Notes: generated by a model from the sequence alone, not told the origin. A DNA stretch of 64,000 nt from an uncultured Eubacteriales bacterium (GCA_934373635.1 CAKROZ010000003.1:76058-140057); one strand, 5' to 3'; positions 1-9,459 are shown, counted from the first letter of the stretch. A program made the numbers and translations.

Positions 1-2
1 TC

Positions 3-554
3 GTGCCCGGTGGCTTCGGCGGGCGCGGCATTGAAGGAATGATCCTCGCGGCAAAGTATGCGAGGGAGACCGGAACGCCGTATTTCGGCATTTGTCTCGG
101 TATGCAGATCTCGGTCATCGAATTCGCACGGAATGTACTCGGGATCCGTGACGCGAATTCGGGTGAATTTGACGAGCAGTGTGCGCACAAGGTCATCAAC
201 TTCATGCCCGGTCAGAGTGACGACGTAGACAAGGGCGGTACACTGCGTCTCGGCGCCTACCCTTGCGCAATCAAGGAAGGCACCACGATGGCGCGTTGCT
301 ACGGGGCGCATGAGATCTCCGAGCGTCACCGTCACCGCTACGAATTCAACAATGAGTACCGTGAGGCGATGGAGAATGCGGGACTGACGCTCTCGGGTCT
401 TTCTCCCGACGGCAGACTCGTGGAAACGGTGGAGCTGTCCGATCGTCCCTTCTTTGTCGGTGTACAGTATCACCCCGAATTCAAGTCGCGTCCGAACCGT
501 CCGCATCCCCTGTTCCGCGGATTTGTCGACGCATCTCTGAAAAATCGCAAATAA
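3..554 (+). CDS. pyrG: CTP synthase, C-terminal glutamine amidotransferase part (5' end outside window)
   Basis: ORF open at the window edge. It has the GATase nucleophile context GICLGMQ and the C-terminal YHPEFKSRP...HPLF signature of PyrG. Confidence 0.9.
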   Translation: MPGGFGGRGIEGMILAAKYARETGTPYFGICLGMQISVIEFARNVLGIRDANSGEFDEQCAHKVINFMPGQSDDVDKGGTLRLGAYPCAIKEGTTMARCYGAHEISERHRHRYEFNNEYREAMENAGLTLSGLSPDGRLVETVELSDRPFFVGVQYHPEFKSRPNRPHPLFRGFVDASLKNRK

Positions 555-567
555 GGAAGGTTCTCTT

Positions 568-2001
568 ATGCACGATACCTACGAAAATCCGCTCTGCCGA
601 CGCTACGCGAGCCGCGAGATGCAAGAGATCTTCTCGGACGACAGAAAATTTTCGACGTGGCGAAAGCTCTGGGTCGCGCTCGCGGAAGCCGAGCAGGAGC
701 TCGGTCTCCCCGTGACGGACGAGCAGCTCGACGAAATGCGCGCGCATATTTACGATATTGACTATGACACCGCCGCGAAGCGGGAGGCAGAGGTACGCCA
801 CGACGTCATGGCGCATATCTACACCTACGGTCTCGCCTGCCCGACGGCAAAGCCCATCATTCATCTCGGGGCAACGAGCTGTTACGTCGGAGACAATACC
901 GATGTCATTTTAGCACGCGACGCTCTGCTTCTCATCCGAAAAAGACTCCTTTCGGCGATCAACGCGCTGTGCGTGCTTGCCGACACCTACAAGGACACGC
1001 CGACGCTTGCCTACACGCATTTTCAGGCGGCGCAACCGACAACCTTCGGCAAGCGTGTGACGCTCTGGATTCAGGATCTTGTCATGGATCTCGAGCATCT
1101 CGATTTTGTCAAGGATCATCTGAAGCTTCTCGGTTGTCGCGGCACGACGGGAACGGGCGCGAGCTTTCTCGAGCTCTTCGGCGGTGATGCCGAAAAGGTG
1201 GAAGCGCTCGAAAAGAAGATCACCGAAAAACTCGGCTTCTCCGCCGCCTACGATGTCAGCGGACAGACCTATACGAGAAAGGCGGATTATTTCGTTCTCT
1301 CGGTGCTCTCGGGCATTGCGCAGAGCGCATGGAAGTTCTCGGGCGATATCCGACTTCTCTCCCACCTCAAGGAGGTGGACGAGCCTTTCGAGGCGGGGCA
1401 GGTCGGCTCCTCCGCCATGGCATACAAACGCAACCCGATGCGCAGCGAACGGATCTCCTCCCTTGCCCGCTTCGTCGTTGCCGAAGCCGTAAATCCCGCG
1501 ATTACCGCCGGGGTGCAATGGCTCGAGCGGACGCTCGACGATTCGGCAAACCGCCGCATCACCATTCCCGAGGCGTTTTTGGCAACGGACGGAATTCTGA
1601 CGCTGTATACCAACATTGCAAAAGGGATGCGCGTCTATCCGAAGGGAATGGAAAAGCATCTTGCCGAAGAGCTTCCCTTCATGGCAACCGAAAACATCTT
1701 AATGTTCTGTGTCAAGCGCGGCGGAGACCGCCAGACGCTTCATGAAGCGATCCGAAAACATTCGGTCGCCGCGGGACTTGCCGTCAAGGAAGAGGGCGCG
1801 GACAACGATCTTCTCGACAGAATCGCCGCCGACCCGACTTTCGGTCTTACACGCGACGAGATTGATCGGATCCTCGCCGAATGTGACCTGACGGGTCTCG
1901 CGAAGCGGCAGACCTCGGAATACCTCGGAAAAATCCGTCGACTGCTCGAAGAAAACAAATCCGCATTTGACCCTGCCGCCACGGCAGAGGTCAATGTATA
2001 A
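568..2001 (+). CDS. purB: adenylosuccinate lyase
   Basis: 477 aa. N-terminus is NPLCxRYASxEM, and the fumarate-lyase signature GSSAMAYKRNP is present. An AGGAAGG RBS lies upstream. Confidence 0.95.
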   Translation: MHDTYENPLCRRYASREMQEIFSDDRKFSTWRKLWVALAEAEQELGLPVTDEQLDEMRAHIYDIDYDTAAKREAEVRHDVMAHIYTYGLACPTAKPIIHLGATSCYVGDNTDVILARDALLLIRKRLLSAINALCVLADTYKDTPTLAYTHFQAAQPTTFGKRVTLWIQDLVMDLEHLDFVKDHLKLLGCRGTTGTGASFLELFGGDAEKVEALEKKITEKLGFSAAYDVSGQTYTRKADYFVLSVLSGIAQSAWKFSGDIRLLSHLKEVDEPFEAGQVGSSAMAYKRNPMRSERISSLARFVVAEAVNPAITAGVQWLERTLDDSANRRITIPEAFLATDGILTLYTNIAKGMRVYPKGMEKHLAEELPFMATENILMFCVKRGGDRQTLHEAIRKHSVAAGLAVKEEGADNDLLDRIAADPTFGLTRDEIDRILAECDLTGLAKRQTSEYLGKIRRLLEENKSAFDPAATAEVNV

Positions 2002-2018
2002 AAGAAAGGAACCGTAAC

Positions 2019-3287
2019 ATGCTTACATCCATCGTCGGTATCAACTGGGGGGACGAAGGAAAGGGGCGCATGGTCGACCTGCTCTCCTCCGACTACGACA
2101 TCATCTGCCGCTATCAAGGCGGCAACAACGCGGGACACACCGTCGTCAATGAAAAGGGCAAATTCATTCTGAATCTTCTCCCCTCGGGAATCCTGCGGGA
2201 GACGACCGTCAACGTGATGGGCAACGGCATGGTCATCGACCTCGAGCATCTCGTCGGCGAGATCGGCAAGCTGACCGAAAAAGGCATCCGCGTGACGCCC
2301 GAAAACCTGAAGATCAGCGACAAGGCGATCATCTGCCTTCCCTACCACAAGCTTCAGGACATTATGGAAGAGGAACGGCTCGCGGACAAGAAGTTCGGTT
2401 CCACGCGCCGCGGCATCGCTCCCGTCTACGCCGACAAGTACATGAAGAAGGGCCTGCGGATGGGCGACCTCTTCGACTTTGCGACACTGGAAGAAAAGGT
2501 GCGCGATATCGTCGAGTGGAAAAACATTACGGTCACGGGTTACGGTCACGCGCCGATTGATGCCGAAGAAATCATAAATTGGCTGAAAAAGTACGGCAGT
2601 ATTCTTCTTCCCTATGTGACGGACGTATCGGGCTACCTTTACGACGCATGGAAAGGCAAGAAGAATATCATGTTCGAGGCGCAGCTCGGTGCGCTCCGCG
2701 ACATTGATTTCGGCATTTATCCCTACACCTCCTCTTCCACTACGCTGGCGGCTTACGCGCCCATCGGCGCGGGGATCCCCGGAGTGCCCGTCACCGATGT
2801 GGTGGGCATTATGAAAGCATACTCCACCTGCGTCGGCGAGGGTCCCTTCACGGCGGAAATGTTCGGCGAAGAGGCGGAGCGCCTGCGCGAGGCGGGCGGC
2901 GAATACGGAGCGGCAACGGGCAGACCGAGAAGAGTCGGTCCCTTCGATGTTCCCGCATCCCGTTACGGCACACGCGTTCAGGGCGCGACCCGCATTGCTC
3001 TGACGAAGCTGGACGTTCTCTCCTATATGAAGAAGATCCCCGTCTGCGTCGCTTACGAGATCGACGGAGAAAGAACCACGGAGTTCCCGACCGGTGAGCG
3101 CCTGAAGAGAGCGAAGCCCGTGATCGAGTATCTCGAGGGCTTCGGCGATGTTTCGCACTGCCGCACCTATGAATCTCTTCCCGAGGCGGCAAAGCAATAC
3201 ATCCTCTATCTCGAGGCGGCGGTCGGCTGCTATATCGAATACGTCTCGGTGGGCGCCGAGCGCGACGAATACATCAGAATCAATTGA
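2019..3287 (+). CDS. purA: adenylosuccinate synthetase
   Basis: 422 aa. It has the N-terminal GxxWGDEGKG P-loop, the GGNNAGHT motif and GTTxRGIGP-like STRRGIAPVY. Confidence 0.95.
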   Translation: MLTSIVGINWGDEGKGRMVDLLSSDYDIICRYQGGNNAGHTVVNEKGKFILNLLPSGILRETTVNVMGNGMVIDLEHLVGEIGKLTEKGIRVTPENLKISDKAIICLPYHKLQDIMEEERLADKKFGSTRRGIAPVYADKYMKKGLRMGDLFDFATLEEKVRDIVEWKNITVTGYGHAPIDAEEIINWLKKYGSILLPYVTDVSGYLYDAWKGKKNIMFEAQLGALRDIDFGIYPYTSSSTTLAAYAPIGAGIPGVPVTDVVGIMKAYSTCVGEGPFTAEMFGEEAERLREAGGEYGAATGRPRRVGPFDVPASRYGTRVQGATRIALTKLDVLSYMKKIPVCVAYEIDGERTTEFPTGERLKRAKPVIEYLEGFGDVSHCRTYESLPEAAKQYILYLEAAVGCYIEYVSVGAERDEYIRIN

Positions 3288-3299
3288 CGGAGGCGATCT

Positions 3300-4826
3300 A
3301 TGGCATCTCAAACCGTTCTTATCCTCGATTTCGGAGGACAGTATAAGGAATTGATTGCACGCCGCGTGCGGGAATGCAAGGTATATTCCGTTGTCAAGGC
3401 GGGCGATATTTCGATCGAAGAGATCCGCAAAATTTCCCCGATCGCCATCATTCTGACGGGTGGTCCGAACAGCGTTTACCGCGAGGATTCCCCGCACTGC
3501 GACAAGGCGATCTTCGACCTCGGGATCCCGGTGCTTGGCATCTGCTACGGCACGCAGCTTCTCGCGTGGTCGGTCGGCGGAGAGGTCTCCCCCTGCGAGG
3601 CGGGCGAGTACGGAAAGACGCGCATGACGGTATCGACGGCATCTCCTCTGTTTTCGGGACTGAGTGCCGAGGAGGTGGGGCTGATGAGTCATACCGATCA
3701 GATCACAAGGCTTCCCGACGGATTCGTTTCGATCGCGCATACGGACTCCTGCCCGAATGCCGCCATTGAAAATCGGGAGCGTCGCCTTTACGGCGTGCAG
3801 TTCCATCCCGAAGTGGAGAGCACGACCAACGGAACCGCCATCATCCATAACTTCCTTTACAACATTGCGGGTGCGGCGGGTGACTACGACCTCGAAAACC
3901 TCGAGGAAGAGCTGATCTGCGCGGTGCGCCGCCAAGTCGGTGACGCGCACGTGCTTCTCGGACTGTCGGGCGGCGTGGATTCCTCGGTAGCGGCGGCATT
4001 GCTTTCGAAAGCGATCCCCGGTCAGCTTCACTGCATTTTCGTCGACCACGGTCTGATGCGTAAAAACGAAGGCGACGAGGTGGAGAAGGCATTCCGCGGG
4101 CGCGACCTTCACTTCATCCGCGTCAATGCCGAAGAGCGCTTTCTGAATGCGCTCAAGGGCGTGACCGATCCCGAGCAAAAGAGAAAGATCATCGGTGCGG
4201 AATTCGTCAAGGTGTTTGAAGCGGAATCGAACAAGCTCCCGCACGTCAAATATCTGGCGCAGGGCACCATTTACCCCGATGTCATCGAATCGGGCGGAAA
4301 CAAAGCCGCCACCATCAAAAGCCATCACAATGTCGGCGGTCTGCCGAAGGATATGAAATTCGTCGGTGTGGTCGAACCTTTGCGCGGTCTTTTCAAGGAC
4401 GAAGTGCGTGCGCTCGGTCGCAGGCTCGGACTTCCCCGCAGTTTTGTGGAGCGTCAGCCCTTCCCCGGTCCCGGACTCGGTGTACGTGTGATCGGTGAGA
4501 TTACGAAGGAGAAGCTCGAAACTCTGCGTGAGGCGGACGCAATCTTCCGCGAGGAGATCCGTCGCCACAGAGTGAAAGCCGACCAGTATTTTGCGGTGCT
4601 GACCGACACCCGTTCGGTCGGTGTTGTCGGTGACTTCCGCACCTACGATTATACCGTTGCGCTTCGTGCGGTGAAGACCTCCGATTTCATGACCTGTGAA
4701 TACGTGCCAATCCCGCATAAAGTGCTCGGCATCTGCTCCTCCCGTATCGTCAACGAGGTGGAAGGCGCCGGACGTGTCGTCTACGACATCACGGGCAAGC
4801 CGCCTGCCACCATTGAATGGTGCTGA
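3300..4826 (+). CDS. guaA: GMP synthase (glutamine-hydrolysing)
   Basis: 508 aa. It has an N-terminal GATase (ILDFGGQY, GICYG), the ATP-PPase motif SGGVDSSV and the C-terminal ...PPATIEWC/E-type end. Confidence 0.95.
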   Translation: MASQTVLILDFGGQYKELIARRVRECKVYSVVKAGDISIEEIRKISPIAIILTGGPNSVYREDSPHCDKAIFDLGIPVLGICYGTQLLAWSVGGEVSPCEAGEYGKTRMTVSTASPLFSGLSAEEVGLMSHTDQITRLPDGFVSIAHTDSCPNAAIENRERRLYGVQFHPEVESTTNGTAIIHNFLYNIAGAAGDYDLENLEEELICAVRRQVGDAHVLLGLSGGVDSSVAAALLSKAIPGQLHCIFVDHGLMRKNEGDEVEKAFRGRDLHFIRVNAEERFLNALKGVTDPEQKRKIIGAEFVKVFEAESNKLPHVKYLAQGTIYPDVIESGGNKAATIKSHHNVGGLPKDMKFVGVVEPLRGLFKDEVRALGRRLGLPRSFVERQPFPGPGLGVRVIGEITKEKLETLREADAIFREEIRRHRVKADQYFAVLTDTRSVGVVGDFRTYDYTVALRAVKTSDFMTCEYVPIPHKVLGICSSRIVNEVEGAGRVVYDITGKPPATIEWC

Positions 4827-4881
4827 CGTAAAAAACGGGGGCCTTTCGCTCCCGCAAATAGAATTTTCCCCGAATTTTCAA

Positions 4882-4915
4882 AGCGGGCATGAGATCCTCA
4901 TGCCCGCTTTGCTCT
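4882..4915 (+). terminator. intrinsic terminator after guaA
   Basis: Perfect hairpin AGCGGGCATGA-gatcc-TCATGCCCGCT followed by a T-rich run. Confidence 0.65.
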
Positions 4916-4953
4916 GTTTTCGAAAAGATGCCATATTGATTCGAAAGTGTCGA

Positions 4954-5301
4954 TCATTCGAAAATGGTCTTCTTTTTCCCTTTTGCGTTTCTCGGCCATT
5001 CGCGGATGCGGGCGACGTACTCGAGATTCACCACCTCGATGCCGTCCTTATGCTCGACGATCATGCCGCTGTCGGACACCTCCTTGATCGTGCCTTTGAC
5101 GGCGGAGTCGATTCCCGTCAGGGTATAAATGATACATTCCTTGCCGACAAACTGTTTTGCCAATTCTTTCATTGCGTTTTTCTCCTTATTATGTTTTTTA
5201 TGTTTTACTATATGTCTTGCAATAAAGGTTCTTTTCCGCTTCTCTCTCCACAGAAGGAGCAAAGCGATGGCGATCGGAATTATCCAAATAGTATTGTGCA
5301 T
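4954..5301 (-). CDS. small hypothetical protein with N-terminal membrane anchor
   Basis: The internal ATG at 5301 is preceded by GGGAGA. A hydrophobic segment IWIIPIAIALLLLW is followed by a basic stretch and a soluble roughly 70-aa domain. No family recognised. Confidence 0.5.
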   Translation of the reverse strand: MHNTIWIIPIAIALLLLWREKRKRTFIARHIVKHKKHNKEKNAMKELAKQFVGKECIIYTLTGIDSAVKGTIKEVSDSGMIVEHKDGIEVVNLEYVARIREWPRNAKGKKKTIFE

Positions 5302-5409
5302 ATTCTTCTCCCGAGAGACGCGTCCCGCGCCCTTATTTTTTCGTATGGCGTATATGTCGCGTGTTGGCGGTACGTTCACCGTTTCGGCGCTGTGTTCGGT
5401 GATCGCCCG

Positions 5410-6204
5410 TTATCTTGACAGCTTGTTTTTCCCGCCCGAATATTTGATCGCTTCCCTGTTATATACCGTCTGACCGACGAGCCAGACGACACATACCGCG
5501 AGCGACGGCAAAAATCCGATGTCGAAGATCAGGGCTCCCATGGCAAGCAACAAGGAAAGAATCGCGCATACCTTGCCGGTTGCCGTATATGCCTTATATG
5601 CGCACTTGCCGACCAAGAGCTTCTCCGCCTCGTCCATGCTCTCCATCCACTTTTTCTCAAAATCGGTGTCGTAAACGGAGCCGTCTTTTTCGGGATTGAT
5701 ACGCTTTGTGGCATCTACGCATTTCTGTGTGATGAGGATCGTTTCCGCGATGATACAAAGCATTGCGAAAACGGCAAGGAAAAACAACACCGTCGTTTCC
5801 CGCCCCTCAAAGATCGAGAAGCCGCCCGTGTACGATGCCGCGAGGAGAAAGCACGCGAAAATGAACGCCGTGTTCGTCATCCACAGGACGACGGAAAGTT
5901 TCTTATCGATGGCTTCGTATACATCTTCGTCCTCCCCGTCCCATGAATCGATCCGTTTCTTTGCGTCCCGATACATCGGCAGGCAGACCGACGGCAGGCT
6001 CACCGCAACCGCCGTCATCAGCGCAGGCGCGATATATGTGCCGAAGAATCTGCCGATGTCTTCGATCCCGTCGCGCAGAGTGTTAAGCCCGTATTTCGAA
6101 GCAAGATACCCTCCCGCGAAGCCGACGACCACTGCAACTACCATGAGCAGAATAAATTTCGGCAACGCCTTGCGATTATCGCTTTTGATCTTATCATTTC
6201 CCAT
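5410..6204 (-). CDS. multi-pass membrane protein (DUF3169-like), coupled to the upstream XRE regulator
   Basis: 264 aa with several hydrophobic helices. Its start overlaps the XRE stop by 11 nt. The pairing with a 70-aa XRE HTH protein matches my memory of the DUF3169 family context, but this is not verified. Confidence 0.6.
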   Translation of the reverse strand: MGNDKIKSDNRKALPKFILLMVVAVVVGFAGGYLASKYGLNTLRDGIEDIGRFFGTYIAPALMTAVAVSLPSVCLPMYRDAKKRIDSWDGEDEDVYEAIDKKLSVVLWMTNTAFIFACFLLAASYTGGFSIFEGRETTVLFFLAVFAMLCIIAETILITQKCVDATKRINPEKDGSVYDTDFEKKWMESMDEAEKLLVGKCAYKAYTATGKVCAILSLLLAMGALIFDIGFLPSLAVCVVWLVGQTVYNREAIKYSGGKNKLSR

Positions 6205-6412
6205 TTTTCGTTTCCTCCTCCAAATAAAAGATCTCTTCTACCGTAACGCCGCAGATGTTCGCGATGGTCAGCGCAAGAGTGACGGACGGCGAATAGTCCC
6301 CCCGCTCGATCAGGCTGATCGTCTGCCTCGAAACACCGCACAAACGCCCCATTTCCTGCTGATTGACGTTCATGGCGGCTCTGCGCTCTTTCAAACGATT
6401 TCGCAGTACCAT
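6194..6412 (-). CDS. XRE-family helix-turn-helix transcriptional regulator (72 aa)
   Basis: Translation starts MVLRNRLKERR and contains QQEMGRLCGVSRQTISLIERGDYSPS, a canonical Cro/CI HTH. The ATG at 6412 is preceded by GGAGGTG. Confidence 0.85.
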   Translation of the reverse strand: MVLRNRLKERRAAMNVNQQEMGRLCGVSRQTISLIERGDYSPSVTLALTIANICGVTVEEIFYLEEETKNGK

Positions 6413-6425
6413 AGACACCTCCGTT

Positions 6426-6464
6426 TGACAAGCATGTTTGTCGATTTGACAAATATCCTTGTCA
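6426..6464 (-). promoter_or_regulatory. operator-like array: four alternating GACAA/TTGTC half-sites at 10-11 bp phasing in the XRE leader
   Basis: GACAA at 6427 and 6448, TTGTC at 6438 and 6459. They form three overlapping inverted repeats between the -10 element and the RBS. Confidence 0.55.
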
Positions 6465-6470
6465 TAATGT

Positions 6471-6499
6471 ATTATACACCGAAGGTTTTGATTTGTCAA
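6471..6499 (-). promoter_or_regulatory. sigma-A type promoter of the XRE/membrane-protein operon
   Basis: On the minus strand: TTGACA (6499-6494), a 17-nt spacer, then TATAAT (6476-6471). Confidence 0.55.
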
Positions 6500-6523
6500 G
6501 GGGGAGAAATTTTTTTACAGCGA

Positions 6524-6552
6524 CAAAAAGCTCACGGGCTTATCCGTGAGCT
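6524..6552 (-). terminator. intrinsic terminator after the alpha/beta hydrolase gene
   Basis: Hairpin AGCTCACGG-6 nt-CCGTGAGCT with a T-run on the minus strand. Confidence 0.65.
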
Positions 6553-6677
6553 TCTTGTCGTTTTCGGTTTTCCGCGAAGCGTGTCGAAAGCGGGCAGTCC
6601 TATCCTCCGATAACCGTGAAGGATGCGGATACCCGCAAGGCGGTCGCTTTGCGCTTTTGGTTCGGGCGCGAGGTGTT

Positions 6678-7388
6678 TTACCCCTTTTCCGAATAACGGC
6701 GGAGCATCCGCTCTTCCCACGCTTCGGTAAAGGCAACCTCTTCGGGAGTATGAAGGTAATGCTCCCCGCCCGGGTAGAGGCAAAGATCTGCACCGCTCAA
6801 TCGTGCATAGCGCTCCACCGTTTCGCGTCGCACCGTCTCGTCCCCCGTGGCGTACAGAATTGCCGTCCGATCAGAGATCTTACCGACGGGATGCGCGCGA
6901 ACATAGGTGAGATATTCCCACGAGAGCGTCTGCCCGAAGTCGGTAGGGATTTCCTTCTCCTTTTGCAATCGCTCCTCGTCGACGCCCGCAAGGTGCATCA
7001 TGGAGAGGATCATATCCTCCATATCCACAAGCGGCGAAGAGAAAAGACAGGCGCGGAGCGGCGCATTCTCAAAGGAAAGAAGCGAAAACCACGCACCGAT
7101 GCTGACGGCGCGAAGCGAAACGCTGTCAAAGTGCTCCTTTGCGTAGCGAAAAAGTGCGGCAAGTTCTTCCGTGACCACCCACGGTACAAGCTTTTTGCCG
7201 TCGCGGCGCCCGCCGTGCTCGGGAAGGTCGATGCCGAGTGTCGCGTAACCGAAGCGGGAGGCGATGTGATGAAAGCGCTCCGCTTCCGCCTTACTTCCGC
7301 ACAGACCGTGAATATATAAAATGACGTCTTTTGCCCCTTCGTCATAGAGGACGGCGGGGGCATTTCCAATCAAAAACTCGGTTTTCAT
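6678..7388 (-). CDS. alpha/beta-fold hydrolase
   Basis: 236 aa counted from the ATG at 7388. It has an HG-type oxyanion motif (ILYIHGLCGS), a nucleophile elbow-like AVSIGAW and a C-terminal GGEHY histidine context. Confidence 0.75.
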   Translation of the reverse strand: MKTEFLIGNAPAVLYDEGAKDVILYIHGLCGSKAEAERFHHIASRFGYATLGIDLPEHGGRRDGKKLVPWVVTEELAALFRYAKEHFDSVSLRAVSIGAWFSLLSFENAPLRACLFSSPLVDMEDMILSMMHLAGVDEERLQKEKEIPTDFGQTLSWEYLTYVRAHPVGKISDRTAILYATGDETVRRETVERYARLSGADLCLYPGGEHYLHTPEEVAFTEAWEERMLRRYSEKG

Positions 7389-7401
7389 GTATCGCTCCGA
7401 T

Positions 7402-7707
7402 TCATTGAATTTCCCGATACGCGCCGCAATGACAGCGGAAGGAGCGGAACCCCTCACGGGTCAGACCGAGAAGAGTGTCCATTTCTGCCGCGGCATTTTC
7501 ATAGCGTCCGTTTGTATGGTGGACGAGAAGATAATCGACCGAGCGGATCTTCCCCGCCTCTTCCCTGCAAAAGCGCCAGACAGGGGGCGCAAGCGAGAAG
7601 ACCCGGATCGACGAGCAGATCGTCACGTGAGAATACGACGAAAGGTCGATATCGATCTTTCGATCGGCATCTTTACCATTTCGTTCTTCGTCTCCCGTAT
7701 CAAACAT
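7402..7707 (-). CDS. hypothetical 101-aa ORF, possibly an N-terminal alpha/beta-hydrolase fragment
   Basis: Starts 8 nt after the preceding stop and has no clear RBS. The segment YLLVHHTNGRYENAAAEMDTLL resembles the beta3-HG-helix region of hydrolases. Weak call. Confidence 0.25.
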   Translation of the reverse strand: MFDTGDEERNGKDADRKIDIDLSSYSHVTICSSIRVFSLAPPVWRFCREEAGKIRSVDYLLVHHTNGRYENAAAEMDTLLGLTREGFRSFRCHCGAYREIQ

Positions 7708-7714
7708 TTTTTGC

Positions 7715-8134
7715 TCATGCCAATGTCGATAGCGCCGCGATAAACTCCTTTGGCTTCTCGATATGAATCGCGTGACCGCAATCAAAGCGGAGGTGCCGGC
7801 AGTTCGGAATCGACCGCAAAACGTGTCTGAGGTCACTTTCTCCGAGCGCCGCCATCAAGAGATCGTCCTGCCCGATGACTGTTTTTGCCTTCAGTAATAA
7901 GGTTTTACAGCGGATGCCGCGAAGCAGCTCTTCATGAGGAATTCCTGCGTGAAAAGAATCGGTATAGAATGCCTCACCGAAGAACCCGAAAACCGAACCT
8001 CCGTGATATTGTGCCACGGCACAAAGTGCACCGACACCGGATGCCGCCGCACCGACAATGCAGAAGATTCCCGCGATTTTTGCCAAGGTTTGAAAGACCT
8101 TGCAGGTCTTCTGAATGATTTCGAGCGTTTTCAC
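7715..8134 (-). pseudogene. chimeric or truncated ORF: hydrophobic N-terminus fused to the C-terminal third of an alpha/beta hydrolase
   Basis: The C-terminal part, ...CKTLLLKAKTVIGQDD...RHLRFDCGHAIHIEKPKEFIAAL, is a typical hydrolase C-terminus with the catalytic His. No nucleophile or oxyanion part is present. Confidence 0.35.
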
Positions 8135-8165
8135 GACATGTTTCTCCTTATGTTAGCTTGTTTTT

Positions 8166-8444
8166 TTACTTTTCGGGTCTGTTCGGCGTTTTCGGAATAC
8201 ATGTTCCTATCGCAAGTCCGACGAGCATCCCGAGGGATATTCCGATGCCGATATAGTTTTTCGTCATTGTCCCGACGAGCAGACCGAAGCACATCCCGAG
8301 GCACATGCCTTTCGTGCCGTAGTCCTCCTCTTGTTTTTCCTCTTTCTTTTCCCTTTTTACACCCCGAACGATCAAAATAATGATCGATACGCCCATTGCC
8401 ACCCATGGCGCGGCGGCGCGAAGAAAACTCAAAATTGCGTTCAT
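8166..8444 (-). CDS. small membrane protein (92 aa), unknown function
   Basis: Two or three hydrophobic, Gly-rich helices are separated by a KREKKEEKQEE charged loop. Confidence 0.5.
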   Translation of the reverse strand: MNAILSFLRAAAPWVAMGVSIIILIVRGVKREKKEEKQEEDYGTKGMCLGMCFGLLVGTMTKNYIGIGISLGMLVGLAIGTCIPKTPNRPEK

Positions 8445-8706
8445 GTTATTTCTTTTCTTTATGTTTGATGATCTGCCAAAAATTTATCTGCCCGCGACAG
8501 GCTGTTTTCTTTCACCTTTTTAAGAAAGTCCGCATGGCGAAAAAAACAACCTAACGTTCGGTAGCAAGATCTCGATTAAATTACGGTCGTGTCACGGCGG
8601 ACACGAGCCGTAGTATTTTGCGGGGATTTTCGGAATCCTCCGCGTTTCCTTCAAAGTGCCTAATTCATGCGACCTTGTTGCTTTCAAAACCCGAAGGGGG
8701 TATCTT

Positions 8707-9459
8707 CTACGTCACTTCATACGCAGTGTATTCATGATCGAGCTCGTACCCGAGTTTTTCTGCGAGGCGGACCGAGATCGGATTTTGCGCATCCCAACTC
8801 GGATACAGCCCTTCTTCGAGACAATCGAGAATTAGCGCCGAGCAAGCGACGGTCGCCAGATGCTTTCTTCTTTCCGACTCGGCGGTATCGACCTCGATCT
8901 CTATTCCTTCCCTGTAACGCGTGTAAGAGGAGGCGCCCGATACGATGTTTCCGTCCTTCAGGATCACTACACCTCTACCGAGCTGCAAGAATTTTTCTTT
9001 GCTTTCAAACGCGGCGACAAAATCCCTTGTTACGGCGCTTTTAAGGCATTGATCATAGATCTCCGCATCTATTCTTTTTAGCTCGTAGCCGTTCGGCAAC
9101 CTTTTCATTTCGTTTCGGAGCGTCGCGGGATCAAACACGGTATCTTTTTTGATTGCATAGCGTGTCACTTTTTTCGCCGACGGGTAACATTCTTCAATCA
9201 GCCTTGTCCACTCATCGTCCTCGGGAATCATGATCGAAAGCCCGTTCGGTTTGTTCTCTACGATCTCCTTATCGGGAATTCCCGCATAAAAGCCGAAGCA
9301 ACCGACATATGCGAGCGCCGATCGCGGTCGTTCCGTGTCCGAAACGTAAATCTTTCCCATGACATTTTGCAGGCACGAAAAAATCAACGTTTCGTTCCAT
9401 CCTGCAAACAATTCTTTGACTTTCGTGGTATCTTTTAATTCACAAAGCATCGGTATCAC
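8707..9459 (-). CDS. GNAT-family N-acetyltransferase (ZmaR/PF12746-like)
   Basis: 250 aa. The C-terminal part, GNIVSGASSYTRYREGIEIEVDT...RRKHLATVACSALILDCLEEGLYPSWDAQN, matches my memory of this GNAT subfamily. Confidence 0.75.
   Translation of the reverse strand: MIPMLCELKDTTKVKELFAGWNETLIFSCLQNVMGKIYVSDTERPRSALAYVGCFGFYAGIPDKEIVENKPNGLSIMIPEDDEWTRLIEECYPSAKKVTRYAIKKDTVFDPATLRNEMKRLPNGYELKRIDAEIYDQCLKSAVTRDFVAAFESKEKFLQLGRGVVILKDGNIVSGASSYTRYREGIEIEVDTAESERRKHLATVACSALILDCLEEGLYPSWDAQNPISVRLAEKLGYELDHEYTAYEVT

Noticed and set aside
1740-4718. Very long antisense ORFs: 992 aa on the minus strand over purB-purA-guaA, and similar ones at 21448-23073, 25988-27418, 36524-38872, 40703-41929, 45404-48259, 50439-51926 and 58726-60156.
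   Set aside because: They lie opposite genes with unmistakable conserved motifs. Their Arg/Gly/Asp/His-rich, low-complexity translations are typical of stop-poor antisense frames in GC-rich DNA.
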